Assembly (NCBI GenBank): GCA_965216545.1
Contig: OZ244172.1
Span: 5,473,625-5,537,624, forward strand
Origin: Bryobacterales bacterium
GTDB taxonomy: Bacteria; Acidobacteriota; Terriglobia; Bryobacterales; UBA6623
Direction: 5' to 3'
Length of the DNA stretch: 64,000 bases
In this document: positions 35,729 through 44,613 of the stretch, in pieces
Numbering within the stretch: the stretch's first letter is position 1
Layout of the letters: each line of letters begins with the position of its first letter
The notes under the pieces: generated by a model
Database searches by the model: none
The model's input: the letters and a program-made list of their open reading frames with translations, nothing else
Told to the model about the DNA's origin: nothing
Program-made: the position numbers and the translations under genes

Positions 35729-37141
35729 CTACAGGAATCGGAAGACAATCGGGCAGTTCACGATCGCTCCAACCGATCCATACTCGGCGCCGTCCGGCCC
35801 GGTCAGGAATCCGAACTCGGCAAAGCTGAGGATCTGGAACTCGTCGATCAACCGGGCGCGGATGCCGCGCGCGATTGCGTTCTGCGTCCATTGACCAAGG
35901 TTGACGTCCCACAGCGGGCTGTAGTCGGTGGCCACGGTGGGAATGCCGCCGAGGACGTTGAAGGGCGTTTCGCCGTCGTTGATGGCGGCGGCCAGACCCT
36001 GGCGATGCGGGTTGTCGCAGTCGGTCTCGCCGTTGGAGAAGACGAAGATCCGCTCGACCGCGCTGAATGCACTGTCGTCATTTCCAACTTCGATGTCTTG
36101 AAGACCTGGCGCCAAAGTTGCGCCCTCGAGAGCGGCCGTGCCGTCGGTGGACGTGTCCATCGAGAGGTACAACACGGGCCGGCCGAAGCTGAAGCCGGCA
36201 GTCAACGCTACCGTGACGGTCTCGGCTTCCATATCGATGGCCACGACCTTGTCGTGCACGATCGAGCGGTCTACCGCGCCCGCCGCGCCTGCCATGGCCA
36301 GCTCCTGAGCGGATACGCCCATTGCGATCACAGGCGCGTTGTAGACGTGTCCGCCGGCGTTGCGAATCCTCACCAGAGGAGTGTAGGACTCATCGCCGAT
36401 CGAGCCCGGCTCGGCGGTTGCGGGGGGAAAGGCGCGCACGCCCGGACCGCCCGGGACAACGCGCCGCTCGGGAGAGAAGTCGACCTCGCCCGCGTCAAAG
36501 ACCAGCAAGCCGTCGCGCATCAGCGTGGCGTTGCGGACGCCCCGGCCCGTCGCGGCGTAGTTCAGCTTCGGAGCAAAGTTGAGGCCCAGCCCCAACGAGT
36601 TACCCTCGTCCGTGGTGTCGGTAAGGATGTACCAGACAGACTCGCCGGTGCGCACCATCTCGCCGCGATACAGGGGAAGGGTGATGATCCTGGCGTCCGT
36701 GTCGAGCGGGCCGGACGTGAGGAGTTGGACCGGGCCCACGAGGGAAGGATTGACGGTGGAAGGCGGCGGCCCGAAGTAGGAGGCGGGCACGTCCGCGCCG
36801 ATCGAGGGAGAAGACGGTTCGACGCGACAGCCGACCGTGTCTTGCGACTGGTTGATGCGGCCGAGCTCCGCGGAACGGGCTCGCGTCGCGACCATGCCGA
36901 GCACCTTCTTGCGAGCCGCGTCGATCCGCGCCTCTGTCGAGCTCGCAGCTGTCTGTTCGACCATGGCCGGGGCCGGCTTCTTCGCGGCGTACGGATCGAA
37001 GTCATTCGCCTCCGTGGGGGACAAGTCGAGCATCCGGCCGCCCGATCCGTACAGAGCAAGCGGTGTCAGCGCTAGAATGCCGCAGGCTGCGGCCGCTTTC
37101 GCGAATCGCAGCATGCGGGGTGCGATATCTGTTTGTCTCAT
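35729..37141 (-). CDS. secreted hypothetical protein (no recognisable domain)
   Basis: Start reset to the ATG at 37141 (or 37114, MLRFAKAAAACGILALTPLALYG), because upstream ORF sequence is transposase-remnant-like. Coding-like composition throughout. Confidence 0.6.
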   Translation of the reverse strand: MRQTDIAPRMLRFAKAAAACGILALTPLALYGSGGRMLDLSPTEANDFDPYAAKKPAPAMVEQTAASSTEARIDAARKKVLGMVATRARSAELGRINQSQDTVGCRVEPSSPSIGADVPASYFGPPPSTVNPSLVGPVQLLTSGPLDTDARIITLPLYRGEMVRTGESVWYILTDTTDEGNSLGLGLNFAPKLNYAATGRGVRNATLMRDGLLVFDAGEVDFSPERRVVPGGPGVRAFPPATAEPGSIGDESYTPLVRIRNAGGHVYNAPVIAMGVSAQELAMAGAAGAVDRSIVHDKVVAIDMEAETVTVALTAGFSFGRPVLYLSMDTSTDGTAALEGATLAPGLQDIEVGNDDSAFSAVERIFVFSNGETDCDNPHRQGLAAAINDGETPFNVLGGIPTVATDYSPLWDVNLGQWTQNAIARGIRARLIDEFQILSFAEFGFLTGPDGAEYGSVGAIVNCPIVFRFL

Positions 37142-37277
37142 GATTGGTGTTCGATCTCCTTGTGTGGGGAGCCGGCATGAGCGCCGGTTCACGTGTATGA
37201 TTCGCTGCGCAGCGGCGTATGACCCGCTGATCAGAGAAAGGTTTGCCGGAATCACAATGTGGGGAGATTGGGAATAT

Positions 37278-37700
37278 TCCGGGCTCGCGGAGAGTTTCAT
37301 CGACCCGGACTACAGAAAGGGCGGGCCGATTCTTTAGACGAGGGACCGGCTCGGCTTGGCGGCGCTCGAGATCGCGACGGACGGCGCGGTCGAGGATGCC
37401 GCGGACCTCGTCCCAACCCAACGCCAACAGCTCGATGACGCCGCTCTGGCTGGCTTGGCGTAACCGTCGACGACACCGAATTTCCCCAAAAGGGCAAACA
37501 CTCGGTTGGGGTGGCGCGGCAATATTGCGGCCCACTCGGCAAGCAAGAAAACTGTCAGGTTGGGGTGAGAGCCTGTCGGTCGCCGCCGCCCAAGCGTCGC
37601 TGCCTCTTGGCTGGCGGTTGTATCTATCCGAATCCTGGGCCGGGAACGTGTGAAGAAATCGCTGGGACAGGCACTTGCGATGCAGACCACTGTTGATTCG
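37278..37700. mobile_element. degraded transposase fragments (ISL3-like on minus strand, IS701/IS4-like on plus strand)
   Basis: Minus frame: LLALGWDEVRGILDRAVRRDLERRQAEP...VRVDET (ISL3-like). Plus frames: [18 protein letters not shown] then, after a frameshift, [26 protein letters not shown] (IS701-like). Both are truncated and frame-broken. Confidence 0.45.
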
Positions 37701-37748
37701 AAGGAACTTGCTTCGAATCGCGTGAGCCAGTCCCGGATTTCTTCACAC
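37648..37748. repeat. ~100-nt imperfect palindrome
   Basis: Perfect 13-bp arms gtgtgaagaaatc (37648-37660) and gatttcttcacac (37736-37748). Inner 8-bp inverted repeat attcgaag / cttcgaat (37696-37718). Confidence 0.75.
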
Positions 37749-37761
37749 GTTCCAGCCCCCG

Positions 37762-39204
37762 TTAGTTTCGCGCGGCCGACAGATCGACGATTGCCTCAGC
37801 GGCGTCGGGATCGCTGCTATGGAGCTCGATCTTCGCCTGGTAGTCGCCGGCTTGAAGGTTGGCGCCCAGGAAAAGGACCTCAACTTCGAGGCTGCCGCCG
37901 GGTGCGACGGCGTCGGGCGCGCCTGACGAAGGCGGAACCGCAACAACCTTGCCTCCAACCCCAATCGGGACGTTCACCATCGGAGCGCCCGGTCGAGTCT
38001 GTGTCGCAGCCCCGGTGATCCGGAATGCGTCGACCGAGGAGCCATCGCCGAGGAGCCGCTCGTCGGCGACGCGCAGGTTGACTTCGAGAGGAAAGTTTAT
38101 CGTGTTGATCGTCAGGGTTCGGGTCGGCGCCTGGTTGGGGCCCACTGCGCCGAAATCGAGCGCCGTTTGCATCAGAAGCATGGTCGGCCTCGGCGTCACC
38201 CCGTACAGCTCGACCATCTCCTCGGCGTTGCTGGCATTGGAGGTGATCCAGAGCTCAGCGTCGTGCTCGCCGTAGCTGAGGGGATGGAGGGTGACCTCCA
38301 GCTCGTGGTTCTGCGCGGGAGCGATGGTCAAAGGCAACCCGGTCGGGTTGAGCTTGAACCATGGGCTTCCGGTAATCGTCAGGCTCGTGAGGGTGAGCGG
38401 CGCGCCGCCGTTGTTCGAGACGATGATCGAGCCGGTCGCTCGATCGCAAATGGGGACGACGCCCAGCACCAACAGGTCCCGCGAAACCGACATCGACGGT
38501 TGGGGCTGCGGCGCCCCGATTCCCGACAGCGCAACCCTCAGCACCCTGTGATCGCTCTCGACGATCAGCGCGGCGTCATGATCGCCCGCCCTGGAAGGCT
38601 CGAACCGAACGGAGAGCAGCTCGGAGGCGCCCGGTTGCAGGATCTGCGGGCTGTTGACCGCGCTGCTCGACCACGAGAAATCGCCGGCTCTGTCTGAGGC
38701 GAGCCACCACTCGAGCGGCGCGCTGCCGACATTCTGTACCAGGACATTGCGCGAGGCGAAGCCTCCAACCGCGACCGTGCCGAACGCGATGCGGCGCGGC
38801 GTCACGTCCAGATAGGGAGAGACCACTCGGGCGACGGTCGTCACGAACAACTGCCGCGCGTTGCCAATCGTTCCTCTCGCCAAAACCGCTACGCGAGCTC
38901 TCTTTCTGCCGGTTTGATTCGACTGGAACGTCAGATCGAGGAACAGCGAGCCTCTGGGCGCGAGCTGGAACGGAAGCGGGCTGCCTCCGGCCGTCACCCC
39001 GAAGTCGGCCGCATTGGTTCCTTGCATGTCAACGCGGTCGATGGTCACGGGTCTGGGGCCGACGTTCTTGACCTCAACCGCTTGCCGCCGAGACGCCGGA
39101 CGCCCGGACAGGACATCGCCGAAGTCCACGAAAGCCGGATTAAGGAAGACGGAGGGAACCTCGGGAAGCACTTGTGGGGGATCGGCGTCACGGTGAGGAA
39201 GCAT
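37762..39204 (-). CDS. multi-domain choice-of-anchor-D / ASH (PapD-like beta-sandwich) repeat protein
   Basis: 480 aa. About 5 repeats of the pattern F(G)xVxxGxxxxxxxxVxNxGxxPLxI (e.g. VDFGDVLSGRPASRRQAVEVKNVGPRPVTI; IAFGTVAVGGFASRNVLVQNVGSAPLEW). No N-terminal signal peptide visible. Confidence 0.7.
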   Translation of the reverse strand: MLPHRDADPPQVLPEVPSVFLNPAFVDFGDVLSGRPASRRQAVEVKNVGPRPVTIDRVDMQGTNAADFGVTAGGSPLPFQLAPRGSLFLDLTFQSNQTGRKRARVAVLARGTIGNARQLFVTTVARVVSPYLDVTPRRIAFGTVAVGGFASRNVLVQNVGSAPLEWWLASDRAGDFSWSSSAVNSPQILQPGASELLSVRFEPSRAGDHDAALIVESDHRVLRVALSGIGAPQPQPSMSVSRDLLVLGVVPICDRATGSIIVSNNGGAPLTLTSLTITGSPWFKLNPTGLPLTIAPAQNHELEVTLHPLSYGEHDAELWITSNASNAEEMVELYGVTPRPTMLLMQTALDFGAVGPNQAPTRTLTINTINFPLEVNLRVADERLLGDGSSVDAFRITGAATQTRPGAPMVNVPIGVGGKVVAVPPSSGAPDAVAPGGSLEVEVLFLGANLQAGDYQAKIELHSSDPDAAEAIVDLSAARN

Positions 39205-39249
39205 GACGCGATTGTAGGCGAAGAAGCCGTCGCGCGCAGCCGTGGGCCG

Positions 39250-40137
39250 TCAGGGTCGCAGGTGCGCCGCCAGGCGCTTGTCGCCTTTCTCCGCGGCTAG
39301 ATCAGCCGCCGTCTTGCCCGCGAATCCCGGCGCGCCCGTGCCCGTAAGGCTCTTGTCCGCGCCGGCTTTGGCCAGCATGCGCGCGACCTGCGGATGGCCG
39401 GCGATGACGGACAGCATCAGAGCGCTGAGGCCGAATTTCGCGCGATGGTCGAGATCGGCGTCCTGCGCGATGAGCCACTCGACGACCTCGCGTTGTCCGG
39501 CGTGGGCGGCGCGCATCAGCGCGGTTTGGCTGTAGCCGTCGCGCTTGTCGAGGTCGTAGCCGGCGCGCAACATCCGTTTGAGCGTCGCCACGTCGCCTTC
39601 CCGCGCGGCGCGCTCCCAGTTGAGCCGGGTCGTGAGCGGTCTGAGCCGGTCGACGATCTTCTGCTGCCCGGCTGAGGCGGCGACGTCCAGCGGAGTTTCC
39701 ATGTCGTCGATGCGGGTGATCTCGTTGGGATCGGCGCCGCGCTCGAGCAATAGCTCCAGCGCGCGAAGGTCGCCGCGTTCCGCCGCAATGTGCAGCGCGG
39801 TGTAGTCGTTGACGCCGTGTTGATTGGCGTCGGCCCCGTGGTCGAGCAGCAGCGTGAGCAGCTCGTAGAGGTCCTTGCCGCGCTCACGGTCGAAAGCCGC
39901 GATCATCGCCGGATAGCCGTCGTCATCGTCGAGGTTGGGGTCGGCGCCGGCTTCGAGCAGCTCGCGCACGAAGGCTAGCGGGCTGTGGTAGATCGCGTAG
40001 ACGAGGCAGAGCCCGATGGCGGCGCCGGCTTGGACGTTCGGGAATCCGTCCTCGTGGCTGAGCTCGTCGCGCAACGCCGCCATGTCGCCGCTGCGGAACG
40101 CGGCGTCGAGCCGGGCGAAACGCTCGGGCGCGCTCAT
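39250..40137 (-). CDS. ankyrin-repeat protein
   Basis: 295 aa. Repeated motifs TALHIAAERGDLRALELLLERGADPN, TALMRAAHAGQREVVEWLIAQDADLD, LLDHGADAN. Confidence 0.9.
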   Translation of the reverse strand: MSAPERFARLDAAFRSGDMAALRDELSHEDGFPNVQAGAAIGLCLVYAIYHSPLAFVRELLEAGADPNLDDDDGYPAMIAAFDRERGKDLYELLTLLLDHGADANQHGVNDYTALHIAAERGDLRALELLLERGADPNEITRIDDMETPLDVAASAGQQKIVDRLRPLTTRLNWERAAREGDVATLKRMLRAGYDLDKRDGYSQTALMRAAHAGQREVVEWLIAQDADLDHRAKFGLSALMLSVIAGHPQVARMLAKAGADKSLTGTGAPGFAGKTAADLAAEKGDKRLAAHLRP

Positions 40138-40191
40138 GCGCTGATTCTAACCCTAGTTGCGCCCCGTCTTGTAACTGTTGATGCCATCTTC

Positions 40192-40220
40192 TTGCATGGC
40201 CGTCCGCGGTTCGCTAATGT
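40192..40220 (+). promoter_or_regulatory. sigma70-like promoter
   Basis: TTGCAT - 17 nt - TAATGT, about 55 nt upstream of the ATG at 40276, which has SD GGGAGG. Confidence 0.4.
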
Positions 40221-40275
40221 AAAGCGGAAACCCGGCGGAAGCTCGATCCGCTCGGCAGGGAGGTAAGAAAGAAAG

Positions 40276-40584
40276 ATGAAGCGCGTTTTTGCTCTGATGA
40301 CGATGCTGGTGCTCACCGCCGGTCTGTCGTTCGCGGGTGAGGGCTCGGGTTTTGTGACCGATCTCAAGTGTGCGAAGGCGGGTAAGGCGGGTCCGAAGCA
40401 TGCCGGCTGCGCGAAAAGCTGCATCGGCGGCGGCGCCGAGGCCGCGATCGTGACCGACGACGGCAAGGTGATGATGGTGGCCAACCAGGATGCGATCACG
40501 TCGCACGCTGGCGAGAAAGTGAGCTTCAACTACACCGAAGCCGACGGCAAGATCACCGTCTCCGACGTCAAGAAGACGGAATAA
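40276..40584 (+). CDS. small secreted Cys-containing protein
   Basis: 102 aa. Signal peptide [20 protein letters not shown]; mature part has 3 Cys (DLKCAKAG...[12 protein letters not shown]). SD and terminator both present. Confidence 0.65.
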   Translation: MKRVFALMTMLVLTAGLSFAGEGSGFVTDLKCAKAGKAGPKHAGCAKSCIGGGAEAAIVTDDGKVMMVANQDAITSHAGEKVSFNYTEADGKITVSDVKKTE

Positions 40585-40608
40585 GCCGTAAGAGAGCTCT
40601 TTGAACGC

Positions 40609-40640
40609 AAGCGCCCCGGCCATGCGGCCGGGGCGCTTTG
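40609..40640 (+). terminator. intrinsic terminator
   Basis: aaGCGCCCCGGCC atgc GGCCGGGGCGCtttgtcg: 11-bp perfect GC stem, 4-nt loop, T-rich tail, 25 nt after the TAA. Confidence 0.65.
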
Positions 40641-40676
40641 TCGATCAGCCCGCTCCGACGCACTACACTGCTAGGC

Positions 40677-42005
40677 GTGTCTCTGTTCGATACGCCCGCC
40701 GCGCATTCCGACGAGCCGGATCTCTCGCGTCCGCTCGCCGAGCGGATGCGGCCGCGTACCCTCGACGAGTACCTCGGCCAGGAGCACCTGCTTGGCCAGG
40801 GCAAGCCTTTGCGGCGGCAGATCGAGCGCGACCAGCTCGGCTCGATGATTTTCTGGGGGCCGCCCGGGGTCGGCAAGACGACCCTCGCCAAGCTGATTGC
40901 ACGCCAGTCGAACGCTCAGTTCGTCGCGTTTTCGGGTGTGCTCAGCTCGATCAAGCAAGTCAAACAAGTGATGGCCGACGCTCAACGGCTGCGCGCCTCC
41001 GGCCGTCGCACGCTCGTCTTCGTCGACGAGATCCACCGCTTCAACAAAGCCCAACAGGACGCCTTTCTGCCCTACGTCGAGCGCGGCGACATCGTGCTGA
41101 TCGGCGCCACGACCGAGAATCCTTCCTTCGAGGTGATCTCGGCATTGCTGTCGCGCTCGAAGGTCTATGTGTTGCACGAGCTGGGTCACGAGGATCTTGA
41201 ATCGCTGCTGAGACGGGCGCTCGAAGACGGCGAGCGCGGGTTGGGAGGCCGCGGCCTCGAGATCTCGGGCGATGCGCTCGAGCGCATCGCCGCGTTGGCG
41301 AACGGCGATGCTCGCGCGGCGCTGCAAACCCTCGAGACGGCGGCGCTGTCGAGCGAGACCGGCGAAATCGACGAACAGCTCGTCTCCGACGTGCTGCAAC
41401 GCAAGACGCTGCGCTACGACAAGACCGGCGAGGAGCACTATAACGTCATCTCGGCGCTGCATAAGTCGATTCGCTCCTCGGACGTAGACGCCGCGCTGTA
41501 TTGGTTGACCCGTATGCTCGACGCCGGCGAAGACCGCCTGTTCATCGGCCGCCGGCTGGTGCGCATCGCCAGCGAGGACGTCGGGTTGGCCGACCCGCGG
41601 GCGCTCGAGCAAGCGCTGGCGGCGGTGGAGGCCTTCCGGCTGATCGGCGAGCCCGAGGGCGACCTGGCTCTGGCCCAAGCCGCGGTCTATCTGGCGCTCG
41701 CGCCGAAGTCCGACGCCGTCTACAAGGCGTTGGCCGAGGCGGAGAAGGACGTACAAGGGACGATCGGCGAGCCCGTGCCGCTGCACCTGCGCAACGCCCC
41801 CACGCGTCTGATGAAGCAGGTCGGCTACGGACACGGCTACCAGCATGCCCACGACCGCCCCGACTCGGTGGTCGACATGGACTGCCTGCCGCCCGCGCTG
41901 GCCGGCCGGCAGTACTATCACCCCAGCGACCGCGGCGTCGAGCAGCGCGTCCGGGAGCGGCTGGCGGAGTGGCGCCGGAAGCGCGCCCAGGCAAGAGACG
42001 GGTAA
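40677..42005 (+). CDS. rarA: replication-associated recombination protein A (AAA+ ATPase)
   Basis: GTG at 40677 gives (M)SLFD...[22 protein letters not shown]; the track's TTG at 40638 lies inside the terminator. Walker [10 protein letters not shown], Walker [12 protein letters not shown]. Confidence 0.9.
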   Translation: MSLFDTPAAHSDEPDLSRPLAERMRPRTLDEYLGQEHLLGQGKPLRRQIERDQLGSMIFWGPPGVGKTTLAKLIARQSNAQFVAFSGVLSSIKQVKQVMADAQRLRASGRRTLVFVDEIHRFNKAQQDAFLPYVERGDIVLIGATTENPSFEVISALLSRSKVYVLHELGHEDLESLLRRALEDGERGLGGRGLEISGDALERIAALANGDARAALQTLETAALSSETGEIDEQLVSDVLQRKTLRYDKTGEEHYNVISALHKSIRSSDVDAALYWLTRMLDAGEDRLFIGRRLVRIASEDVGLADPRALEQALAAVEAFRLIGEPEGDLALAQAAVYLALAPKSDAVYKALAEAEKDVQGTIGEPVPLHLRNAPTRLMKQVGYGHGYQHAHDRPDSVVDMDCLPPALAGRQYYHPSDRGVEQRVRERLAEWRRKRAQARDG

Positions 42006-42040
42006 GATCCGCGGGTTGCATTATTCGCCTTTTGTTCGCT

Positions 42041-42406
42041 ATGCTGACCGACGTGTCGTCACGCGTCTGCATCGTCTCCTTCAAGGATTGGAGCGGCATG
42101 GAGCATGCCGTGGAGGTGAGTGCGGAAACGCTGTACGAGGCCGCCGCGCTGGGGCTGAAGGAGTTTCGCGCCTCCGAGTTCGCCGAAGAGACCGCGCCAG
42201 GCGTTGCGACACGCGTCACGGTGACGGTAAAGCAGGAAGAGGCGCGGCACGAGGTGGGCGTGCGGCAGCTCGAGGAATGGATCGCAGGGGCGGGGAAGAG
42301 CCCCCGCGAGCAGGCGCTGAAGCGGCGTCTGCGGGAAGCGTTGAGCGCGCGGTCGGTGGATGAGCGGAGGCGGCGGCGCGGCGCGCGCCATGCCTCGGCG
42401 CCGTAG
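42041..42406 (+). CDS. small conserved hypothetical protein
   Basis: The ATG at 42041 lies inside a longer spurious ORF. MLTDVSSRVCIVSFKDWSGMEHAVEVSAETLYEAAALGLKEFR...VTVTVKQEEARHEVGVRQLEEW reads as real protein, unlike the upstream Arg/Pro-rich part. Confidence 0.5.
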   Translation: MLTDVSSRVCIVSFKDWSGMEHAVEVSAETLYEAAALGLKEFRASEFAEETAPGVATRVTVTVKQEEARHEVGVRQLEEWIAGAGKSPREQALKRRLREALSARSVDERRRRRGARHASAP

Positions 42407-42416
42407 CCTCCGGCGC

Positions 42417-43019
42417 CTAGGCTTCAGCCTGTTCGGCTTGGCCGGCCTCGTCGGGCTTGGCCTCCGGCTTCTTGACCGCGGTCTTCTTCTTCGGGCCCAG
42501 GATGATGTGCATCGTGCGGCCCTCCATCCGAGGATTGCCTTCCGGCTCGCCGAACTCGGCGACGTCGGCAATGAGCTGCCGGAGAAGCTTTTCCGCGATC
42601 TCGGGGTGCGTGATCTCGCGGCCGCGGAAGAACACGGTGCCTTTGACCTTGTTGCCTTCCTGGAGGAAGCGCAACGCGTGGTTCTTCTTGAAGTCGTAGT
42701 CGTGGTCGTCGGTGTTGGGCCGGAATTTGACTTCTTTGACTTCGATGCGATGCTGCTTCTTCTTAGCCTCGCTCTTCTTCTTCTTCTCGAGGTAGGAATA
42801 CTCGCCGTAGTCGATGATCTTGGCGACCGGCGGCTGCGCGGTGGGCGCGATGAGCACCAGGTCGAGCCCGAGATCTTTGGCGGCGCGGACGCCGTCTCGC
42901 GTGTCCATCACCTCGGTCTTGCCGTCAGGAAACACCACGCGAACTTCGCGCGCGCGGATGGTCTCATTGACGTTCTGTCTCCGCACGCGGCGGAAGGGAC
43001 GAAAGCGTCTGCGGAAAAT
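42417..43019 (-). CDS. infC: translation initiation factor IF-3, probable ATT start
   Basis: INETIRAREVRVV...LDLVLIAPTAQPPVAKIIDYG...VKFRPNTDDHDYDFK. The track starts at GTG 42986, but the in-frame ATT at 43019 is preceded by GGAGGctaccc (6-nt spacer). Confidence 0.88.
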   Translation of the reverse strand: MFRRRFRPFRRVRRQNVNETIRAREVRVVFPDGKTEVMDTRDGVRAAKDLGLDLVLIAPTAQPPVAKIIDYGEYSYLEKKKKSEAKKKQHRIEVKEVKFRPNTDDHDYDFKKNHALRFLQEGNKVKGTVFFRGREITHPEIAEKLLRQLIADVAEFGEPEGNPRMEGRTMHIILGPKKKTAVKKPEAKPDEAGQAEQAEA

Positions 43020-43078
43020 GGGTAGCCTCCTTAGCTTTGGGTGGTTGTCCGTCGCGGCCAGTCTCGAACCGCCGCTTC

Positions 43079-43117
43079 GGGATGGCGCGCCATCCCTTCA
43101 AGGCGCAAAAAAGGGAT
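43079..43117 (-). promoter_or_regulatory. mutually exclusive hairpins in the putative infC leader
   Basis: 18-bp perfect palindrome gggatggcgcgccatccc (43079-43096) shares its atccc arm with a second hairpin, atccctt (43092-43098) / aagggat (43111-43117). Confidence 0.35.
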
Positions 43118-43320
43118 TGCCAAGCGCGCCGCGCCCGCAACCCCTACAGCGGTGCTGGGAGCGGGCCGCTTGGCCCCGCTCGACGACGCTCGAGTGCATT
43201 CGTGAATGACCGTCAATCCCAGCTATCCGAAGGTGCGATGAGCATATCGTACCATGACAACGGTTCTGATCCGTCAACCCGTCGAGCGTCGCGAAACACG
43301 ATCTTGCCGCCCGGGCCGCC

Positions 43321-43350
43321 TTGACAACGCCGGGAAGCCTTCCATAGCAT
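43321..43350 (+). promoter_or_regulatory. sigma70-like promoter for the HU/IHF gene
   Basis: TTGACA - 18 nt - TAGCAT, 40 nt upstream of the ATG at 43391. Confidence 0.4.
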
Positions 43351-43390
43351 GAAAGTCTAGCCCTACCAACGGCTTACGAATAAATTCGCA

Positions 43391-43657
43391 ATGATAAAGC
43401 ACGACATTGTCATGGAAGTCGTCAACCGCACCGGTCTGAGCAAGACCAAGGCCGAGATGGCGGTGGAGACTGTTTTCGAAACGATGAAGCGAGCCATGGA
43501 GCAGGGCGAGCGCATTGAGTTGCGCGGCTTTGGGGTATTCAATATTCGGCCCCGCAAGACCGGCATCGGGCGTAACCCCCGTACCGGGGAAGAAGTCGTC
43601 ATCCCTCCGGGCAAAGCCGTTCGCTTCAAACCCGGTAAGGATCTGCAGGCGATCTAA
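43391..43657 (+). CDS. HU/IHF-family DNA-binding protein
   Basis: 88 aa. GERIELRGFGVFNIRPRKTGIGRNPRTGEEVVIPPGKAVRFKPGK. Confidence 0.92.
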   Translation: MIKHDIVMEVVNRTGLSKTKAEMAVETVFETMKRAMEQGERIELRGFGVFNIRPRKTGIGRNPRTGEEVVIPPGKAVRFKPGKDLQAI

Positions 43658-43927
43658 GAGGTCCCGCGACTACAGCGGCGACTTCGCGCCGTGCTATCGT
43701 GAGGACGATTCTTCCGTCCGTCAGGAAAAGGAGCGATGCAGCTGAAAAGGCCAATCGCGGCCCGGCTCGGACGTCGGACTCTGGTTCGACGCGGCATCGG
43801 CTCGCCTGATTCTTCCTGCGCCGGCGGGGTCCGCTAACCGGATCGCCGCCGCCTACGAAGCAAGGAAGCCAAGCAATACAGGCCCAACGAATCGGATTCT
43901 CCCAGCGATGGGCCGGAGGATTGGAGT

Positions 43928-44590
43928 ATGAGAAAGGCGTGGATCATCGGTCATCGAGGGGTCGCGGGCTCGCCCGAGAACTCGATGGAGGGTTTTGCGC
44001 GGGCGCTCGAAGTCGGCGTGAATGCGATTGAGCTCGACGTGCGCCAAAGCAGCGACGGCAAGCTGGTGGTGGTGCACGGCTCGGTCGTGGGCGATCACGC
44101 CGTCCAGGGCACGCCCTACGAGACGTTTCGCCACGCGCCCGACGGCCACGAGATTCCGTTGCTCGAGGACGTGCTGAAGAAGTTCGGCAAGAAGACCTTC
44201 CTCGACATCGAGCTCAAGCATGGGGGCTTCGAAGCCCAGGCCGTGGAGCTGATCAAGAAGTACACCAACCCCGAGAAGACCATGGTGTCGGCGTTCGACA
44301 CCAAATCGCTCAACGACGTGCACGAGCTGCTGCCCGAGCTGCAACTCGGTTTCATCTACAACCGCACCCAGGACGAGGAGTCGCGCCACAACTGCCCCGT
44401 CGACGTGGTCATTCCGCAATTCCGGTTGGCCTCACGCGAGCTGATCGAAGAGGTGCACGACGAAGGCCTGAAGGTATGGGCCTGGACGGTCAACGACGAA
44501 TCAGAGATCACGCGCCTGCTCAACCTCGGCGTTGACGGCCTGATCACCGACCATCCCGAGCGCGTCGCCACGGCCCTAGCCGCCGCCTGA
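43928..44590 (+). CDS. glycerophosphodiester phosphodiesterase
   Basis: 220 aa. IIGHRGVAGSPENSMEGF, AIELDVRQSSDGKLVVVHG, DGLITDHPE. Confidence 0.9.
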   Translation: MRKAWIIGHRGVAGSPENSMEGFARALEVGVNAIELDVRQSSDGKLVVVHGSVVGDHAVQGTPYETFRHAPDGHEIPLLEDVLKKFGKKTFLDIELKHGGFEAQAVELIKKYTNPEKTMVSAFDTKSLNDVHELLPELQLGFIYNRTQDEESRHNCPVDVVIPQFRLASRELIEEVHDEGLKVWAWTVNDESEITRLLNLGVDGLITDHPERVATALAAA

Positions 44591-44613
44591 TCCGGCAAGG
44601 CAAGGGCCCCGCC

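Noticed and set aside
37696-37718. attcgaag..cttcgaat hairpin resembling a tRNA T-arm (ttcgaa)
   Set aside because: No acceptor stem, anticodon arm or conserved GTTCGAATC context. It is the inner part of a longer palindrome next to IS remnants.
40671-41921. 416-aa minus-strand ORF antisense to rarA
   Set aside because: It has no recognisable motifs and an Arg/Ala/Gly/Leu-rich, low-complexity shadow-ORF composition. rarA on the plus strand is unambiguous (Walker A/B, conserved N-terminus).
43737-43835. 32-codon ORF (MQLKRPIAARLGRR...) after a GGAG motif, between the HU/IHF and GDPD genes
   Set aside because: The GGAG lies only 2-3 nt from the ATG, too close to serve as an SD. The peptide is short and Arg-rich with no hydrophobic core or homology, so support is insufficient.
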